Shown here piece by piece: positions 51,185-62,127 of a stretch of 64,000 nt of DNA (position 1 is its first letter; each line of letters starts with the position of its first letter). Position numbers and translations under genes: made by a program. The stretch lies in the NCBI RefSeq assembly GCF_001194135.2, contig NC_068981.1, positions 166,893,549 through 166,957,548 on the forward strand, in the 5' to 3' direction. Source of the DNA: Octopus bimaculoides (Eukaryota). The notes below the pieces were generated by a model. The model saw only the letters and a list, made by a program, of their open reading frames with translations. It was not told where the DNA came from and did no database searches.

Positions 51185-52199
51185 GTTAGTTAGGGTTCAT
51201 TTGTTTTCTAACTTTGATTGGTGTGCTCTGGTTTTCTAATATTTATGTGTGTGTGTGTGTGTGTATGCATATGTAAGTTTGTGTGTATGTGTGCATGCAT
51301 ATGTATTTGTATGTATATTTTTTTGTTTTTTGTGTCTTCACTGGAACAGTGTATGAGCAAAATGTTGATTACTTCTCTTGTGAACAGTATGTCCATAAAC
51401 CTTGTGGTCCAGTTTTAATGTGTGAAGACTAGTGAAAATCAGACCTAACCTGAAAACAAGGGTTGGCTACAGAGAAGGCATTTGACTGTAGAAAACTACC
51501 TCAATTAGTTCTGTTTAAACCATGCTAACATGGAAAAAGCAAATATAAAAACATGGAAAGCTTGAAGAAATACCCCAAAGCATTTGTCATATAGTAATGA
51601 CAAAAATATCTTTATTCTTATGGTAAATTGACAGAACATATTGCTCTAAATAATATTTAACAGTTTGTAGTTCCCTCCCTTCTGTGTTTGTAGTTTAAAG
51701 CTGTCTGTTTACAGGATCCAGTTAAACCAATTATGCATCTTCTGGGCAGATTTGTACCAGTGTGAGTTGTTGTTGCTGCTGTTGTTAAGGCTGTGAACTG
51801 GCAGAATAGTTAATGCATCAGACATAATGCTTAGCGTTACTTCCAGCTCTTTGTTTTGAACTTAAATGCTGCTGATGTACCAGTTGTATGCTGGGGCGAT
51901 GCAGTTGACTAAACTTCCCCTGAAATTTCAGGCCTTGTGCCTCTATTTGAAAGGATTATGTCAGCAATATCTTGCTTCAAGTAGTTTATAAATTTTGTTT
52001 TAGCTGTTTGTCAAGAGTCTGTTCAAAATTTTTCTTCTGTGAAGGGTTCCTCAGCTCTGTTGTATTTTCACCCTTCAAGTTAGAATTGGCAATTTTTTTT
52101 TATCCCTCCAGGATTTAGAAAATGCTAAAAATCACCTTATGAATTCTAACTAGAATGTAGTATTAATATACCTGAATTCATCCTGGAAGAAATTGATCT

Positions 52200-52690
52200 C
52201 AGAACTGTCATTTACAGATGTATAGGAATGAAAATCCAGAAAATAGAGCAAGTGACACAACAGCAAATACAAAAATGCCTCAAACAAATCTGGGGTACCA
52301 AAATGTACATTACTGGGGGAAAAATGTAAGTGCGGTAGAAATGAGATTTCCAATTGAGGATGAGGCCAGGAAGCACTTCACAACAATCTTAATGAATGAC
52401 GAACTGGTCCTCATACCAATCTACTTCGGCTGGAAAATAAAGGTGTTTGGTGTGGCCCCAGAAATAAACATGCTGGTGGTAGTTGTCCTTTTTGACAGAG
52501 GATGAAACCAATGTTCAGCAAGTCCAAAGGATGAAGCTTTTGATCCAAATGGATCAAATATGGAAGTCTTCCTAGATCTGATCAATCTGCCAAGTGACTC
52601 ACAACTGTTTGTGGCTATTGTGGTGAGCAGGAGTGACGTTTCTGGAGAGACCTGGTGATGTCAATGAAAATCAACTGGTTGGCCTGTCAC
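52200..52690 (+). mobile_element. Probable LINE ORF1-like relic (L1/Tx1-type)
   Basis: Coding-like, higher-GC block: IQKIEQVTQQQIQKCLKQIWG[frameshift]GKNVSAVEMRFPIEDEARKH...IPIYFG..IKVFGVAPE...VAIVVSR. One internal stop. Family assignment is inference. Confidence 0.4.
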
Positions 52691-53247
52691 AGAGGACTTT
52701 TGGACTAGGTTACTTGGATAATTAGTACTGAGGTTGATGTAATTGATTTGCTGCTCTCCTCAAAATCTCTCACCTTGTGCTAAAATTAGAAAGAGTTATT
52801 ATTATTAGTAGAATTGTTAAAGTGTTATACAGAATACCTTATGGTATTTTTTGAGCTCTTTACATTCTGATTTCAAATCTTGCTGTCAGCTTTATCTTTC
52901 ATCATTCTGCTGATGATAAAATAAAGCTCCTATCAAGTACCTCAATCAATATAATTGACTATACCCCTTCCCCAAATTTCAGGTCCTGTGCCAATATAAG
53001 AAATCATTATCATATAAGGCATCTGCTGGGAATGATTTCATTACCACACCACAATTATAAGATACTGGAAAGTAATAATTTGTATTGATTTTTTGTTCTT
53101 AAATTGTATTTTAAATACATTTGTGTGAATTGTTGCATTTATTTTTCAAATATCTGCATGTCCATATTTATATTTAACACATGCAAATATAGTCTTTGAA
53201 GAATCTTAACTTATAGAGGCCTTTTCTTTCTTTTCTTTGTTTCACAG

Positions 53248-53353
53248 AAATCCACAGCTTGCTGCAAGGGGAACACTAATCAGTACAGAAGCTTTAAAAA
53301 GCAAAGGCATGTATGGAGAGGCTGCTATGCAATTTATTAAAATGATTAGTGAG
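53248..53353 (+). CDS. TRAPPC8: TRAPPC8 coding exon: NPQLAARGTLISTEALKSKGMYGEAAMQFIKMISE
   Basis: Long polypyrimidine tract plus cacAG, donor gag|GTAAGA. Phase 2 in, phase 0 out. Matches recalled LAERCVLLSAELLKSQSKYSEAA. Confidence 0.93.
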
Positions 53354-53599
53354 GTAAGATGTCACTCTGATTAATAAATCACCATCTTCATCTTTGTATT
53401 AATATTAAATTTTTCTGCACAAATATTGCTATGGCATCTTCACAAATCTTGGTCCTGTATAGTTTTTACCCTCGAAATTCCACCTTCATGGGTTTGATCT
53501 AACATGTTTCTTAATTACTTCTGCAATGAGTATTTTCTAACATCAATTGATAATCTGGTACAAAGCCACCTCCCTCAATGCTTCACCCTTACTAGTTAC

Positions 53600-53789
53600 T
53601 TCACCATTGTTAGTGTCACAAAAAAAAGCACCCAGTACACACTGTAAAATAGTTGCATTTGGAAGGGTATGCAGCTGTAGAAACCTTGCCAAAGTAGACA
53701 TTCAGACCAATGCAACCTTCAAGCTAGTTGGATTCTATTGAACTGTCCAACCCATGCCAGCATGGAATATAGATGTTAAATGATAATGA
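53600..53789 (+). mobile_element. RTE 3'-tail fragment
   Basis: aaaagcacccagtacac...cagctgtagaaacc...acccatgccagcatggaatatagatgttaaatgataatga. Confidence 0.75.
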
Positions 53790-54506
53790 AATCAATCCAT
53801 ATGTTGTATTCAGTATTGTGTGGAATTCCTTTGCCACTCAACTTTACTGTAGACATTGATTTGTAGGTGTTCATGTTGAATATAAACTGTATCAATCTCA
53901 CTTTTTTTTTTTGGAAAGCTGGCAAAGGTTATATACACAACCATGGAATTCAGCAGTCACAAATTAATAAATGGTTTATCTTTTCATGGGTTTCTTAACA
54001 TTGTTACTCGAGTACCATTTCTGCTTGTCGTTAAGTTTAGAAACCTAATGTCCCTTACCTTTCAGTAAGGGACATATTATTAATATTTGTCTATACTATA
54101 TGTGAACCATCTGTATTATGTTTATATATAATACTCCTTCATTTTAAACTTCTGGTATCTCCTTTTCCTGTTTACTAATTCTGTTTTCCCACCTACTTAC
54201 TTTTGGATGTGCTTATCCTTACTTCAAACTGTTTACTTATGAAATTGGTTTGGAAACATTTTGTGTGTGTGTTAGTTAATCAGGCACCCTGAAGCAAGAA
54301 GAGTTGTGTGTTCTGCTCAACTTAATTGTTTTAGTATACAAGATTATCTTTATTTAATATTCAGCATGTCTTGTTTCAACACCTATGTTGTATCATATAA
54401 TAGTTTGGAAAACTCAGGACAGAAATGGAAAATTTGGACAGAAAATTATATATAAATACTTGTGTAATTCTTTGTTACTATGTCTGTGTTTCTTTATTTA
54501 TTATAG

Positions 54507-54641
54507 CAAGATTCTGATTTAAGAAGTGCATTGTTACTTGAGCAAGCAGCTCACTGTTATATCAAAAAGCGTCCACCTATGGCACGCAAATATGCCTTTC
54601 ATATGATTTTGGCTGGTCACAGATTCAGCAAATCAGGTCAA
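54507..54641 (+). CDS. TRAPPC8: TRAPPC8 coding exon: QDSDLRSALLLEQAAHCYIKKRPPMARKYAFHMILAGHRFSKSGQ
   Basis: Acceptor ttatAG at 54505-06, donor GTAAGT at 54642. Near-identical to the recalled DSDLRSALLLEQAAHC...RKYAFHMILAGHRFSKAGQ. Confidence 0.96.
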
Positions 54642-55007
54642 GTAAGTGGATACTCTAAATACTGTTACAGAAAACATCTTATTTTAAAGATTTTTATTGC
54701 TAGATTCTTAAAATATACCCAGGAAACCTATACTATTCATAAAATTATCGTACATTTTTTTTTTTTAATTTTAAGTTTTTCTAACCTTTTGTTGAGTCAT
54801 ATTTAAGATTTATATTTAAACAAATAATAAAATTTCCTGATAAAAGTTAAAATGATTTGATACATATTTCTGCAATACTTTTTGTTTAACCATTATTTGG
54901 TTCTTGATTGAGATTATTCAACAGATATGATGATACAGGCCTTTAAATTAAAATTTCAAAACTTTGTGATTCATTCATCATGACAGAAATTTTAATTTTT
55001 TTTATAG

Positions 55008-55079
55008 AAAAAACATGCTTTACGGTCATACTCACAAGCCCTTCAAGTTTACAAAGGCAAACATTGGTCTTTAGCAGAG
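55008..55079 (+). CDS. TRAPPC8: TRAPPC8 coding exon: KKHALRSYSQALQVYKGKHWSLAE
   Basis: Acceptor ttttttttatAG, donor gag|GTAAGA, 72 nt, phase 0/0. Matches recalled KKHALRCYCQAMQVYKGKGWSLAE. Confidence 0.96.
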
Positions 55080-56024
55080 GTAAGAATTTAAGAGATAATA
55101 TCTTCTTTTTGGCAGCATATTATGCTATTGTGGTCCTGTAGATTCAGGTGATCTCTTATGAAGTAGATTTATGTTATATAGTCAGTTAAATGAACTTGCC
55201 AAGGGTCCTGTGTATTTCAGCATTTATTGATTTATCATATGGAGTGCAGTTTAATCATCTGGGCACATAACTTATTCCACTATCCATACTGTCTTTTGTG
55301 TTCTTGTAAGTTTTGGTGATAGTCAAAGGTAGGAAATGTAGCCTTAGTTGGAGTACAAAAGTTAATGTTATTTTTCAATTATCATTGGTTGTGTGCAACT
55401 CAGTGCTGTATTTATAGCTAATAGGTTTTGTTTCACAAACAAAAAGAAAAAAAAAACTTTCATTGAATCAGATTTTGTATCAGTAAATTAATTACTCAAA
55501 ATGTTAGACTGTAATGTCTGTTCACATGAATCTGATTGGAAATAAAAACACGAGGTGTATGTTGATATGTCACAAGATGAAGACACTATGTGTCAACCCC
55601 ATAGGATTTGATGTTGGGAAATTGGGCTACATAATATACTGTACAGAATTTTACACTTCTCCTTTTGTTAGTCACATGAGATAACTAGACAAAACATCTA
55701 CCTCCCACAACAACTGAGCCATGAGTGTGCCACACCACCTGCAACACACTCACACTGAGTCAGAATAGTAGAGGAAGGGAGCAAAAAAAAAAAAAAAAAG
55801 TTGCCAACTATAAATTACGAGCATTTTAAAAATCTGGGGTGACAATACACTCCATGTGACTAATGAATGGTCAAATGTTATTTTTCCATTTATTTAGCAG
55901 ATCTAAATTCAGTGAGTGTCACTCTACCTTTTTTTAAAGCTTATAAATGAATTTGTATAATATTCAAATTATTTGTAAATTTCAGTAAATTTTTTGATAA
56001 ATATAAACCATTTCTGTTTCAAAG

Positions 56025-56177
56025 GATCATATCAACTTTATTATTGGCCGCCAGTCTTTCAATCTTAAACAATTGGAAAATGCTACAGCTGCTTTCAAGC
56101 ATTTGTTGACTGCTGATAGTTGCCAGACCACTGCCCAACAAGCTGCCTTTCTCAAGGAATATCTTTTTGTTTATAAG
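56025..56177 (+). CDS. TRAPPC8: TRAPPC8 coding exon: DHINFIIGRQSFNLKQLENATAAFKHLLTADSCQTTAQQAAFLKEYLFVYK
   Basis: Acceptor ttctgtttcaaAG, donor aag|GTTGGT, 153 nt. Matches recalled DHINFTIGRQSYTLRQLDNA...QQGAFLREYLYVYK. Confidence 0.96.
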
Positions 56178-56511
56178 GTTGGTTTTAAAGATTTAATGTC
56201 ATTGTAAGAATTTTCAAAGCTTGTTCAATAATGGATGATAAATTAAGATTTAAATGATATGATTCATATTAGAACAGCCAAATTCTGAGCCAATGTTTCA
56301 TCAGCAGACTGGTACCCTATTGACAGCTCCTTATATAGCTGGTACTAGAAACCTATTTCATTCTGTCAAATATATTATTAAATACCACTAATTATATGAA
56401 AAAATTTTCGTCAGTTTTATTTTCATATTTTACTTGTACTAAAGTTAAAAGTATTATCAATCTCTTAGATTCTTGCTCTTCTAACAATATTTCTTTTAAA
56501 TACTCTTATAG

Positions 56512-56647
56512 CAACTCCTTGGTCAGTCATTAAATGAGGGAACATTATATCCAGGGCCACTTCCTGAACTACCGCTGCCAACTGTAGATAGCAATGTCAC
56601 CAAAGTGCTTCTCTGTAATACTGTTACTCCAAGAACAATATCTGAAG
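56512..56647 (+). CDS. TRAPPC8: TRAPPC8 coding exon: QLLGQSLNEGTLYPGPLPELPLPTVDSNVTKVLLCNTVTPRTISE(G)
   Basis: Acceptor ctcttatAG, donor aag|GTATAA. Matches recalled GPLPQLPLPYINSSATRV. Phase 0 in, phase 1 out. Confidence 0.92.
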
Positions 56648-56745
56648 GTATAATCAACCTAACATTTGGACACACATTTTATTATTATTATTTCTTTTTT
56701 TTTTTTTTTTCTAAGTTTTACATGCTTACTATGGAAAATGTAAAT

Positions 56746-57520
56746 TGTTTCATCATCATTTAACATCAACTTTTCCATGCTTGCATGGTGGCTCAGATGG
56801 AATTTGCTGAGGCAGATTCTTGTACAGCTGAATGTTCTTCCTGTTGCCAACCCTCATCTGTTTCCAAGCAAAACAATATTTCTCCAAGATCAGACAAGTT
56901 TTTCATGGAAGTCTGGAAATGAACGTCACTTGTATGACAGGGATGCCCATTTACAAGAGGAAATGGATGGGCTCTTGTAATCACCTGAGAGCAGAATCAA
57001 CACCTATTACTTCCTCTTCCTTCTGCTTACCTTCTCTCACTCTGGTAACACTTCCACTTCTCATTATCTTCCCTGCCCACTCTATTTCAACCAATCACCT
57101 CCTTGCTGTGCCATCACTCACCGCTTTCTTCTCTCCTTTATACTTGATTCTTAAATATCTCTTATCTACCATTCTCAATGCCCTCTCATATCTATTGTTA
57201 TACTCCACTTACTATTGCCTCTTATGTAACTTTATATCTCCCCCTCTCCACTACTCCTACACCTTTTGCATTATCCACCTACTTCTTATCCATTCCCCTT
57301 CCTGAGCCACTCCTATATCTCTCACCTTACTTCTCTCTCCTGCAGTCTCTAATGAAAGTATGCACTTTCTCATCCCCTGCCATGACCCACTGTCTGTATT
57401 CTGTTATGCTCACTGTCTTGTGTTGTGAGAGTTTGCTCTAACACTCCACTCCTTTTATCTCCAGCCATCTATCTCCTCTGCAGCAAAACACCTCTATCAT
57501 ACTTTATCATACTTTCATAC
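56746..57520 (-). mobile_element. Retroposon relic with the same 3' tail as the RTE family and a purine-rich body
   Basis: Minus strand ends catgcaagcatggaaaagttgatgttaaatgatgatga. The body is CT-rich on the plus strand. The left boundary is firm, the right boundary approximate. Confidence 0.55.
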
Positions 57521-58136
57521 CTCTATCAGTACTTATTCTGTCAAGTTTTGAGGGAGTAGGTTAATCCATACTATTGACCCTAGTACTTGATTTCCAATTT
57601 ATTTTTATCAATTACAAAAAGATGCCAGTTTAGAAAACAGACGTTAAATGTTGATGATGATGATGATAATTGTCCGATGTTTGCTTCCTTTCTTGAGATG
57701 ACATAGTGTAATTCAGACATAGCATCCATGATTGCATTATCCAGTTGTGATCTTGTATTTCTAGCAAATCATAAGACCATGTAGAAACCATTTTCAATAC
57801 AAGTTATGCTAAATTAGTTATGACTCAAGTGCAGATTTTGTTTCTACTAAATCTTTGAATTACAGAATTATATGTTATTCTAATACTTCGGTTATAATTT
57901 CTTCCTCTTTACAAAAACACTTCTGAAGTAATGTTGATAAATTTTAATACAATTGTCAATGTACTATCCCCCCCCCCCTTTTTTTTTGTTAATGTAAAAT
58001 TCCAGTTTAAATGCAAATTTACTAATTTACTTCAGTGAAAATAATGCTAGTGTCTATTTGGTTTTTCCTTATATGCTTTTGGTGTTAATTTTCTTTTTCT
58101 TACCAAAAATGTTTTAATACTTTTTTTTACTTATAG

Positions 58137-58325
58137 TGAATCCAGTTCTTGTTGGTGTTTGTATGTCTCAGGAGGATACTGAAAATGAGAAATGGTTTGA
58201 GTTAGAGAAACAGCTTGTATTGAGTACTTGCAACGGAGGCAGTTTACCGCTGAGTTTCCGGCCAAGCTTACATTGCTTTACAGATTCTACAGATAATAAA
58301 TTTAACCCAATTGGTTTTGTTGGAG
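58137..58325 (+). CDS. TRAPPC8: TRAPPC8 coding exon: NPVLVGVCMSQEDTENEKWFELEKQLVLSTCNGGSLPLSFRPSLHCFTDSTDNKFNPIGFVG(G)
   Basis: Acceptor ttttacttatAG, donor gag|GTTTGT, phase 1/1. Matches recalled QWRELEEQVV...FHPTQYCLNSYSDNSRFPLAVVE. Confidence 0.92.
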
Positions 58326-58669
58326 GTTTGTGTTATTGGAAGTTTTTTTTTTTTTTCTCAAAGTGCCAGTATTCACTATAACTTGTTTTTAATTTACTGT
58401 TAATCAGGTAAATGACTCCTCTCTCCCTTTCTGGATAGAAATAGTCTTTTTTTAAAATCTTTATTGTGAGTCAGTAGTTACTTTTTAAGTGAGATTGTTA
58501 GTTAAATTTCTACCTCAAGAGCACAAATCTATTTTTACAATTGATTATAAATTCTCATTTAATGTAACATATATTCATAATATGAACTGGTATCCCAGAA
58601 TATGATACATTAGTTCTCACAACATTTCACTCTTGATAAGAAGGACATTATGATAATGTTAGTCTTTAA

Positions 58670-58889
58670 CCCTTTGGTGTTCAGATTACTCTGTTAAATG
58701 TAATAATTTTTCACTCAAATTGTTTTTAATTAATCATGCATTATCTTATAGCTTTGAGGTTTCAATGATGTTATTGTTTATTTTTAAAATGTCAATGTAG
58801 GTTAAGTGTGAGAGGCTAGATCTGGTCAGTTTTAAAATAAAAAAGGTGGAATATTTTGGCCAGATATGGCCGGTTTAAACACTAAAGGG
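58670..58889 (-). mobile_element. piggyBac-like MITE (220 bp), TTAA target duplication on both sides
   Basis: TTAA|ccctttggtgtt ... aacactaaaggg|TTAA. The internal sequence is homologous to 59355-59561 and 22310-22478. TTAA TSD with CCC/GGG ends is the established piggyBac signature. Confidence 0.85.
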
Positions 58890-59354
58890 TTAAACAGATT
58901 ATTGTATTTTTGTTTAAAAGGGAACTAAAAATGATCATAAAAAGCTTTGTGTGACTGAATATAGATTCTTGCTATGTTCAGAGAGAAATGGTTAATGACA
59001 TAAGTCTGTTGTTTTTCACATCAATATAACCATCATATAGAAGAATTTATTTGAATAGTTTTCTAGAAATATCTTATCTTTGCTCCTTTCAAGTTATAAT
59101 TGAAAAGAATCCATTCAGTGATTTGCAATATACCTCTTAAATTTTTTTAACATTTGTGCTATTGAATGATCAGTATAGACATATTGCTATACCTTACTTT
59201 TTATCTAGATTGTGTAAGATCAGAATAAGTTAACATTAGTCAATGAGCTTATGTTAGAATTTTTTTCCCTCAGTACATTAAGTATGAGGGCCCTAACTTA
59301 TTCTTCATGCAGATAGCATCCCTGAGTAACTTACTTTGGTCATGAAGTTTCTAA

Positions 59355-59561
59355 CCCTTAAGCATTTAGACTGGTCATATCTGGCCCAAATATTCTACTT
59401 GTTTTATGTTCAAACTGCCCAGATCCAGCCTCTTATACCTCCCTGACAATGTCATTCTAAAAAGGAACAGTCACATCATTGATGTTATAAGGCCATGAGA
59501 TAATTCATGATTAATTCAAAATAATGTCAATAAATAAGCATTACCTTTGAATGCTTAAGAG
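59355..59561 (+). mobile_element. piggyBac-like MITE, same family, opposite orientation
   Basis: CTAA|cccttaagcatt ... aatgcttaagag|TTAA, internal ggtcatatctggcccaaatatt...gataattcatgattaattcaaa. Confidence 0.8.
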
Positions 59562-59710
59562 TTAACTAAACTCATTTCTTCTCTATTTTGACCCACTTGA
59601 TCCTAAAACCTGTTTCATCCATTGAAATGTTTAATGGAATAGTGTTTTACATTTAAAGTGATTTTTTTCTTCACTTTTTTAATGTTCCATTTTTTTTCTT
59701 ATTTTTTTAG

Positions 59711-59859
59711 AAAAAGTTAGTGTTGAAGTGCATCTTGTGAATCCTCTTAAGATTACTTTATTATTAACTGATGTAGTTTTGTTGTGGACATTTTTGCCTC
59801 ATCTACCTGATAATCAAGAGAAATCACCACTTATAACCAATGAAGTTTCTTCTGTAAAA
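59711..59859 (+). CDS. TRAPPC8: TRAPPC8 coding exon: (E)KVSVEVHLVNPLKITLLLTDVVLLWTFLPHLPDNQEKSPLITNEVSSVK
   Basis: Acceptor atttttttAG, donor aaa|GTAAGA. Matches recalled EPITVEVAFRNPLKVLLLLTDLSLLWKF. Confidence 0.94.
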
Positions 59860-60052
59860 GTAAGACCCCTTTTCTTTCATTTTATTTCTTTCTTTTGAAT
59901 TCAAACTCTACTGTAGTAACTTGAGATGTATAAAAAACTTCCTATTAGAATAAGAACAATTTCTGACCAACAGATAATAATTATCATTCTGTATATATGA
60001 CACAACTTGCCAAATAGCCTACCATAACTCCAGGTTATTTGCTATTTAATTG

Positions 60053-61271
60053 TCAGGTTGTTCCGAAAATAATGGCTGCTCTAAGTGTTGTTTTGAAACT
60101 CAATTTAATCATAGTGTTTTAATTATATTTTAAGTGAATTTCGACATACTTAATAATTGATGTATGCTCCTTAATAATTTTCTACTAATTTCAAACAGAA
60201 AACCTTGAAGTATAGGTGCCCTTAATTATGAACATGACTAAAAAGGATCTTTGCTTCTTTTTCTTGCATGAGTTCAAGCTTGGGCACAATACCTCCCAAA
60301 CTGCTGCCAATATCGACAGAGCATGGGGAGAGGGGTCCACAAGTGATCGCACAGTACGAAGGTGGTTTCAGAAATTCTGTAGTGATGAGATTATTGAAGA
60401 TGAAGAAGGTACCGGATGGTCATGCAGTCTTGACAATGAACAATTGAAAATAATTGTTGAACCAAACTCACATCAAAGTGTCAGAGAAATGTCTCAGGCA
60501 CTTGGTATCAGTATTGCAATGGTCACATGCAATCTGTAGAAGATTGGTTGGGTGAAAAAGCTAGATGAATGGGTACTGCATGAGCTCAATGAAAATCAAA
60601 AAGTTTAGCGTTTTGAAGTGTGCTCAATGCTCTTTCTGTGAAACACCAATGATCCTTTCCTTAACCAAATAGTCACTTGTGATGAAAAGTGGATCCTTTA
60701 TAATAACCGTAAATGATCATTTCAATGGGCTGATCATGATGAGTCCCCCTAAACATTTCCCAAAGCCAAAGTTGCATCAGCAAAAGGCGACTGTCTGGTG
60801 GTCTGCAATTAGTGTTCTCCATTACAGCTTTCTGGAAGCCAATCAGAGCATTACAGCAGAGGTTTACAGCAATCAACTTGCTGAAATGCATGCTCACTTG
60901 CAAAATTTGAAACCTGCATTGGTGAATCGGCATGGCCCAATTCTGCCCCACGATAATGCAAAACCACATGTTGCAAGAATGACACTGCAGAAACTCATAA
61001 ACTTGGGATACGAGACTTTACCACATTCTCCATATTCTCCTGATCTTTCACCCACTGGTCCAAACTAGAGGTGAAATCAGCTTGCAAAGATTTTTTAGCA
61101 TCAAAGCCAATAAGTTTTTATCAACAAGGCATAAATAATCTCGTTGATCGATGACAGATATGCATAGATGTTCATGGCTTATACTTTGACCAATCAAAAC
61201 ATTTCTATTGTTAATTTTTTCAGAATAAAATTATGTTTCTGAAATTGGCCATTATTTTTGGAACAACCTAA
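60053..61271 (+). mobile_element. Near-full-length decayed mariner transposon (cecropia/Hsmar1-like subfamily), transposase pseudogene about 60228-61193
   Basis: TIRs tcaggttgttccgaaaataatggct (from 60053) and ggccattatttttggaacaacctaa (to 61271). Right TA target duplication intact, left reads TG. Motifs HEFKLG, WVLHEL (WVPHEL), VTCDEKW, HDNAKPH and YSPDLSPT are present, with several stops and frameshifts. Confidence 0.95.
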
Positions 61272-61362
61272 TATTTACTTCTGTGATGCTCAGTTAATTA
61301 ATGTTTTGGATTAAATTACATCCAAAGAATCTGTTTATTTTGTTTTAACATCTCTCATGCAG

Positions 61363-61437
61363 AATAAATTGGCTGATGAAATTATTCATACAGAAGTTTT
61401 GAAAGAAGTTACATTAACAGGAAATATGGAATTACCG
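61363..61437 (+). CDS. TRAPPC8: TRAPPC8 coding exon: NKLADEIIHTEVLKEVTLTGNMELP
   Basis: Acceptor tctctcatgcAG, donor ccg|GTGTGT, 75 nt, phase 0/0. Matches recalled EMIGAEVISEFLINGEESK. Confidence 0.87.
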
Positions 61438-62127
61438 GTGTGTATATTTAATTTAATTTCATTCTTCTTCCACTTCTCTACCATTTTAATTAAGTTGGGG
61501 GATTGTGGGGCATTACGTTAAAATGTGAAGAAATAAGATCTAATCAACAATAGTTATGTAGTAAAAAAAAAAAATTCAGTGAAATTATGAACACTAGTCT
61601 TAGATGGAACAACAGATCCATTGATGAGACTTGAGCTATGTATCTTTTGCTTGCCAGATGACTGCATTACCTATTACACTACAAAGCACATATGATATCC
61701 CAATCTCCCAAATTTCATATTCTGTAATGTAACAGGTAATGCAGTCACCTAATTTGAGTGTCCTTAGTGGGCATGTTGTTCTTTACTGCTCAACTGATTT
61801 TATAACAATGTTAACATAGGTGAGATGTGTTTTATTTATTTTGAAAAATAAAATTTGAATGCATTTTAACTTGTTTAACCAGTAGTTTTTCCATCTTGTT
61901 CTTTGTACTGTCAGCTGATCATGGAGCATGACAATAATGCCCTCTTGTTTCAAATAACCTGTTTATACTAGTATGGATTATCAGTGTTGTTTAGAACTAT
62001 AGTGGTTGTGATGATGTGAATGTGAGGAAAATGCAATTTGTTTATTGTTAAAATATTTATTGTGTATATTTTTTTCTACATTCGAAAATATTTTATTTTT
62101 AAAATGTGATGCATTTGTTTTTAATAG

